Below are positions 60,851 through 64,000 of a stretch of DNA of 64,000 nt, piece after piece; the stretch's first letter is position 1; every line of letters begins with the position of its first letter. Position numbers and translations under genes: made by a program. The stretch lies in assembly GCA_046539305.1 (NCBI GenBank), contig JBKHHE010000001.1, positions 77,150 to 141,149 on the forward strand, in the 5' to 3' direction. Source of the stretch: Candidatus Aenigmatarchaeota archaeon. GTDB taxonomy: Archaea > Aenigmatarchaeota > Aenigmatarchaeia > PWEA01. The notes under the pieces were generated by a model. The model saw only the letters and a list, made by a program, of their open reading frames with translations. It made no database searches and was not told the origin of the DNA.

Positions 60851-61498
60851 ATGGAACCGAGAGTTTTCTACGATGAGGTCGCGGATTCATGGTACAACAT
60901 CAGACACTGGAGCATGTTCCAGGACGAGTTGGAGGAACTGGACGAGAGATGGGAAGGAGGGAAGTTGCTGAACCTGGGATGTGCGCATGGCTCCGATTTC
61001 CTACCCTTCGATCGAGAGAAGTTCGAAATGTATGGAGCGGACATCTCCACCGAGCTCCTGAAAAAGGCAAAGGACTACTCCTCCAAGTTCAACTTTGAAC
61101 CGAAGCTGGTCACGTGCGACATGAAGAACCTGCCCTTCCAAGAAGGAACGTTCGATTATGTGGTCTGTGTTGCATCCCTCCATCACCTTCTGAATAAAGA
61201 AGAAAGACTCCAGGCCCTGGAAGAAATGAGAAAGGTCCTCAAACCCGGATCTGAAGCCTTCCTCACGGTCTGGAACAAGAGGCAGCGGGAGTTCCTACTG
61301 AAGGACAAGATAATAGAAAGGGAGTGGAACTACAAGGGGAAAAAACTCACGAGGAAATATTACCTATACACCTACTCCGAGCTGAGGGAAGACCTGGAAA
61401 AGGCAGGCTTTGAAGTTGTGGACTTATACCCCGAGGACTCCTATAGCTTTCCCCTGAAAGAATTCTCCAAGAATATCCTTGCATTCGTGAAAAAATAG
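60851..61498 (+). CDS. Trm9-like class I SAM methyltransferase
   Basis: FYDEVADSWYNIRHW ... LLNLGCAHGSDF ... FDYVVCVASLHHL ... RLQALEEMRKVLKPGSEAFLTVW follows the Trm9/ALKBH8 methyltransferase pattern. It is divergent from elp3. Confidence 0.6.
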   Translation: MEPRVFYDEVADSWYNIRHWSMFQDELEELDERWEGGKLLNLGCAHGSDFLPFDREKFEMYGADISTELLKKAKDYSSKFNFEPKLVTCDMKNLPFQEGTFDYVVCVASLHHLLNKEERLQALEEMRKVLKPGSEAFLTVWNKRQREFLLKDKIIEREWNYKGKKLTRKYYLYTYSELREDLEKAGFEVVDLYPEDSYSFPLKEFSKNILAFVKK

Positions 61499-61505
61499 GA
61501 CAAAT

Positions 61506-64000
61506 CTACGAATCAAGTTCTTCCTCATCCCTGGTCAGCCCTACTTCCGTGAGGTAAGGAGCAGGCGCCTGCGAGAGTGGAGTCCTCACCTTCACGGCGA
61601 ACTCCTCGAAGTTCGGGCTCCCTTCCCAGTCGTTCCTGTCCCATTCACCCCGGTCAGCCAGCCTAAGCTGCAGGTCATTGCCGTAAGCTCCTACCGAAGG
61701 AGCCTGTATGTAACTATGGCCATGGGCATCCACATCCAAGGATGTCCTACCATCCACCTCGTATCCTTCACGGGTCTCAAATTCTGGTGTGATTTCATAC
61801 TTCCAAAACGGTCTAGTAAAGAGGCCATATCCAACGAAGTCCGCCCAGTAAACCCTGGTGACTACGTCCCTGTGGTTCCAGTTAGTGGTGTTCATCGGGA
61901 TGAGATACTCCCAAAGCCCTGTCTTGATATTCTTCTCCTTCGGCGCCCAGAACTCGAGTTTCCTCATGGTTGGATCCAGGGTGATACTCCCGGTTATGTT
62001 TCCAACGTTTCCCTCCTCAATTAGAAGTTTTTCCTGGTCCATCGGATGGGGTCTTTCATCGTCTGGTCTCTCGTAAATCCAGTAGTATTCTGGATGAAGA
62101 TACTCACCCCGACAGTAGTAAGGTATAGCGGAAACATTCCAGGCACCGGTCATATTACTAAGCTCCATGTCCTCCACGTCCGTCTCGTCGGAGGATTCCT
62201 TCGGCTGGATCTCCTGGTCCGGAAGGTCGGGTTCATTCCCGTGAACACCTTCCATCCTGTCCACTGCAATTCCGTCCGGCTTTATTTTGGTATAGTTCTC
62301 CTCCGCCGTGAGGTTTACCTCGGCATTGATTGAATGGGAATCGCGCACATGCCAGTCTCCATCCTCATACCATCCTATTTCCGCCTCCAAGTTGTGTGTA
62401 CCTTCATCAAGGTCCTCATAGGTGTAGTTCTCATGGGACCCATGGTCCGTCTCCAAAATTTCCGTGCCGTTACGGAAGAGACGTAGCTTCCAGGGAGAAG
62501 GCGGTGCAAAGCTTCCAGGAGGCCCGGCAACTGTAACGTTCAGGTCGGGCTCGGTCACCCCTTCTTCGACCGAAATATTCTCACCCATCTCCGGACCAAT
62601 AAAACCACGCCACATCCCGAAGTAGGCCTCGCACCCCCCTACAGTGGGTTCCTTAGCACGGGGGTGAAGTATATCTCTGTTCACGTACTCTTCCACGTTC
62701 TCCTCCGCAACCTTCGTGTGGTTGGACGAGGCATTGACCTGGAAGAAGAGAGGTGGGCACATCCCTCCACCTTCTATTTGCAATCCGGCCTCCTGATTGT
62801 GCTGGCAGTCCTCTGTGCGGATCCCGCCGCCGTACTCGGAGTCATCTTCATCACAGGCCTGGTCTCCAACGCCGTCTACTCCGCTGAGGCCTGCGCCTAT
62901 TACAACAGTATCCCTGTTGAATCCACAGACCCTGAAGTCAAGCTCGCTAACGTTTCTGTTCCCGCTGTAGATTTCATAGGTATTGTTGGTCCCGTCCCAG
63001 ATCGTCGCATTGAAGTACACGAAATCCAGGCCCTCTAGAGGTTCGCTTTCGTTAGTGTGGTGCCACTCGAAGGAAGGGTATGGATCGCCGGGGTCGAGGC
63101 CATCGGCACCATGGAAGTATTCCTCGTCGAAGGTTTCCTGGTGTTCGTAGTCCTCTTCTATATATATTTCGGCCCTTCTGATTCCTGAATAGTTGTCTTC
63201 GGTCTCCATGTTGAAAGTCACATTTCGGTTACTTGTGATGTTCTGGCTGCCGTCCCTCCCACCGGGCGTGGTATTGTAGAAAATGTCCACCCACGGATCC
63301 TCGTTGTCTATCCTGTGTGGTGGATTCGTGAAATTGCTCACGATGTTGCCCGCATAGTCCTCCGCCTCCACGGTAAGGGACCACTCTCCGGGGGTGGTCA
63401 TATTGTATGTCCTGACTATATCTCCCCATCTCTTGTCGTCTCCGTCGCTCTGGTGGGTCGCGCTTTCCTCATCAGGAGGTAGCTCGTGGTCATTTTCCCA
63501 GAAGAACCTGACCTCGTAGATCCCGGAATATACGTCATCGTTGGCCATCGCAGTGACGTTGGCCCATGTAAACCAGTGGTCGTTGGGAAGGTCATGTGGC
63601 TTTTCTATCTCCACATCAAGTTCCGGGTCGTTCCTGTCTATTTTGAAGATCTCGCTCCTTTTCACATCCTCGACGTTTCCAGTATCGTCCCTGGCGTAGT
63701 AGCAGATGTCAACGGCACATACCTCCCCGTCGCCGCAGGTTATCTCCTCATCTTCAGCAACGGTATAATCCCAGTAGTTATATCCATCGTAGCTCTCAAT
63801 ATGTTCATAAGAAGGATAACCCTCCTGTGTAGGACATTCGCCAGCGTCCTTGTCCTTTACGGGCTCCTCGCCACCGTCCGCTCCGTAGTCGTAAACATCT
63901 ATTACTTCCCATAGAACCTCTCCACTGGAAGGGCCGTCGTCCTCGACTGTTATCGTGTAGTCAACGGAAGACTCGTTGGTCCAGCCATCCCTTCCAAAGT
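61506..64000 (-). CDS. large acidic, sequon-rich adhesin-like surface protein (5' end beyond window)
   Basis: The reading frame stays open from 63665 to 64000 (translated by hand), so the GTG at 63665 is not the true start. It has repeated Ig-like modules with D-x-x-G-N ... ID-x-x-DP, 22 N-x-S/T sequons in the last 719 aa and no C-terminal TM. Confidence 0.6.
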   Translation of the reverse strand, partial: FGRDGWTNESSVDYTITVEDDGPSSGEVLWEVIDVYDYGADGGEEPVKDKDAGECPTQEGYPSYEHIESYDGYNYWDYTVAEDEEITCGDGEVCAVDICYYARDDTGNVEDVKRSEIFKIDRNDPELDVEIEKPHDLPNDHWFTWANVTAMANDDVYSGIYEVRFFWENDHELPPDEESATHQSDGDDKRWGDIVRTYNMTTPGEWSLTVEAEDYAGNIVSNFTNPPHRIDNEDPWVDIFYNTTPGGRDGSQNITSNRNVTFNMETEDNYSGIRRAEIYIEEDYEHQETFDEEYFHGADGLDPGDPYPSFEWHHTNESEPLEGLDFVYFNATIWDGTNNTYEIYSGNRNVSELDFRVCGFNRDTVVIGAGLSGVDGVGDQACDEDDSEYGGGIRTEDCQHNQEAGLQIEGGGMCPPLFFQVNASSNHTKVAEENVEEYVNRDILHPRAKEPTVGGCEAYFGMWRGFIGPEMGENISVEEGVTEPDLNVTVAGPPGSFAPPSPWKLRLFRNGTEILETDHGSHENYTYEDLDEGTHNLEAEIGWYEDGDWHVRDSHSINAEVNLTAEENYTKIKPDGIAVDRMEGVHGNEPDLPDQEIQPKESSDETDVEDMELSNMTGAWNVSAIPYYCRGEYLHPEYYWIYERPDDERPHPMDQEKLLIEEGNVGNITGSITLDPTMRKLEFWAPKEKNIKTGLWEYLIPMNTTNWNHRDVVTRVYWADFVGYGLFTRPFWKYEITPEFETREGYEVDGRTSLDVDAHGHSYIQAPSVGAYGNDLQLRLADRGEWDRNDWEGSPNFEEFAVKVRTPLSQAPAPYLTEVGLTRDEEELDS

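Noticed and set aside
63663-63665. GTG at 63665 as the start of the terminal large ORF, as in the track.
   Set aside because: Manual translation of 63666-64000 in the same frame shows no stop and continues the same acidic, Ig-like-module sequence. The gene therefore begins beyond the window.
1-64000. CRISPR arrays, rRNA genes, transposases and IS elements.
   Set aside because: I noticed no regularly spaced direct repeats, no rRNA-like segments and no DDE/serine/tyrosine recombinase motifs in any of the longer ORFs. The only cas-like gene is the solo Cas4-like nuclease.

Overview
This is a gene-dense archaeal chromosome segment with about 90 CDS on both strands, short intergenic gaps and many ATGA or 4-11 nt gene overlaps. 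The archaeal assignment rests on rpoL, L10e, aIF5A, a histone plus Alba, Dph2 and Dph5, FEN1, Elp3, geranylgeranyl reductase, and TTTAAAT-type TATA boxes 22-33 nt upstream of starts. Surface proteins are extremely acidic and informational genes sit beside many orphan ORFs. That fits a small-genome, possibly salt-adapted (DPANN-like) archaeon, but this lineage guess is inference only.

Main blocks:
- 1-26.8 kb: housekeeping genes, including a PEP-synthase-like protein that appears to have lost its catalytic His and Cys.
- 26.9-31.7 kb: an orphan operon ending in five tandem paralogous polytopic membrane proteins.
- 31.7-44.8 kb: a large type IV pilus-like locus. It has two divergent coiled-coil genes, a 754-aa secretion ATPase, a 695-aa FlaJ/TadC-like platform protein and at least 12 pilin-like genes. 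These include four 45-65 aa mini-pilins and several Cys-rich acidic proteins.
- 51.4-55.3 kb: a complete AMP salvage cluster (ribose-1,5-bisphosphate isomerase, form III RuBisCO, AMP phosphorylase).
- 57-61.5 kb: a stand-alone Cas4-like nuclease, RibL, an HDAC-family enzyme, Elp3 and a Trm9-like methyltransferase.
- 61.5 kb to the window end: a large sequon-rich adhesin-like protein that runs off the window.

Two tRNA genes carry non-canonical introns. The initiator tRNA-Met has a D-loop intron. A tRNA-Gly(CCC) with three introns lies in a 283-nt gap that has no credible ORF.

I recognised no rRNA, CRISPR array, transposase or integrase. All protein family calls come from motif recognition by eye, not from searches.
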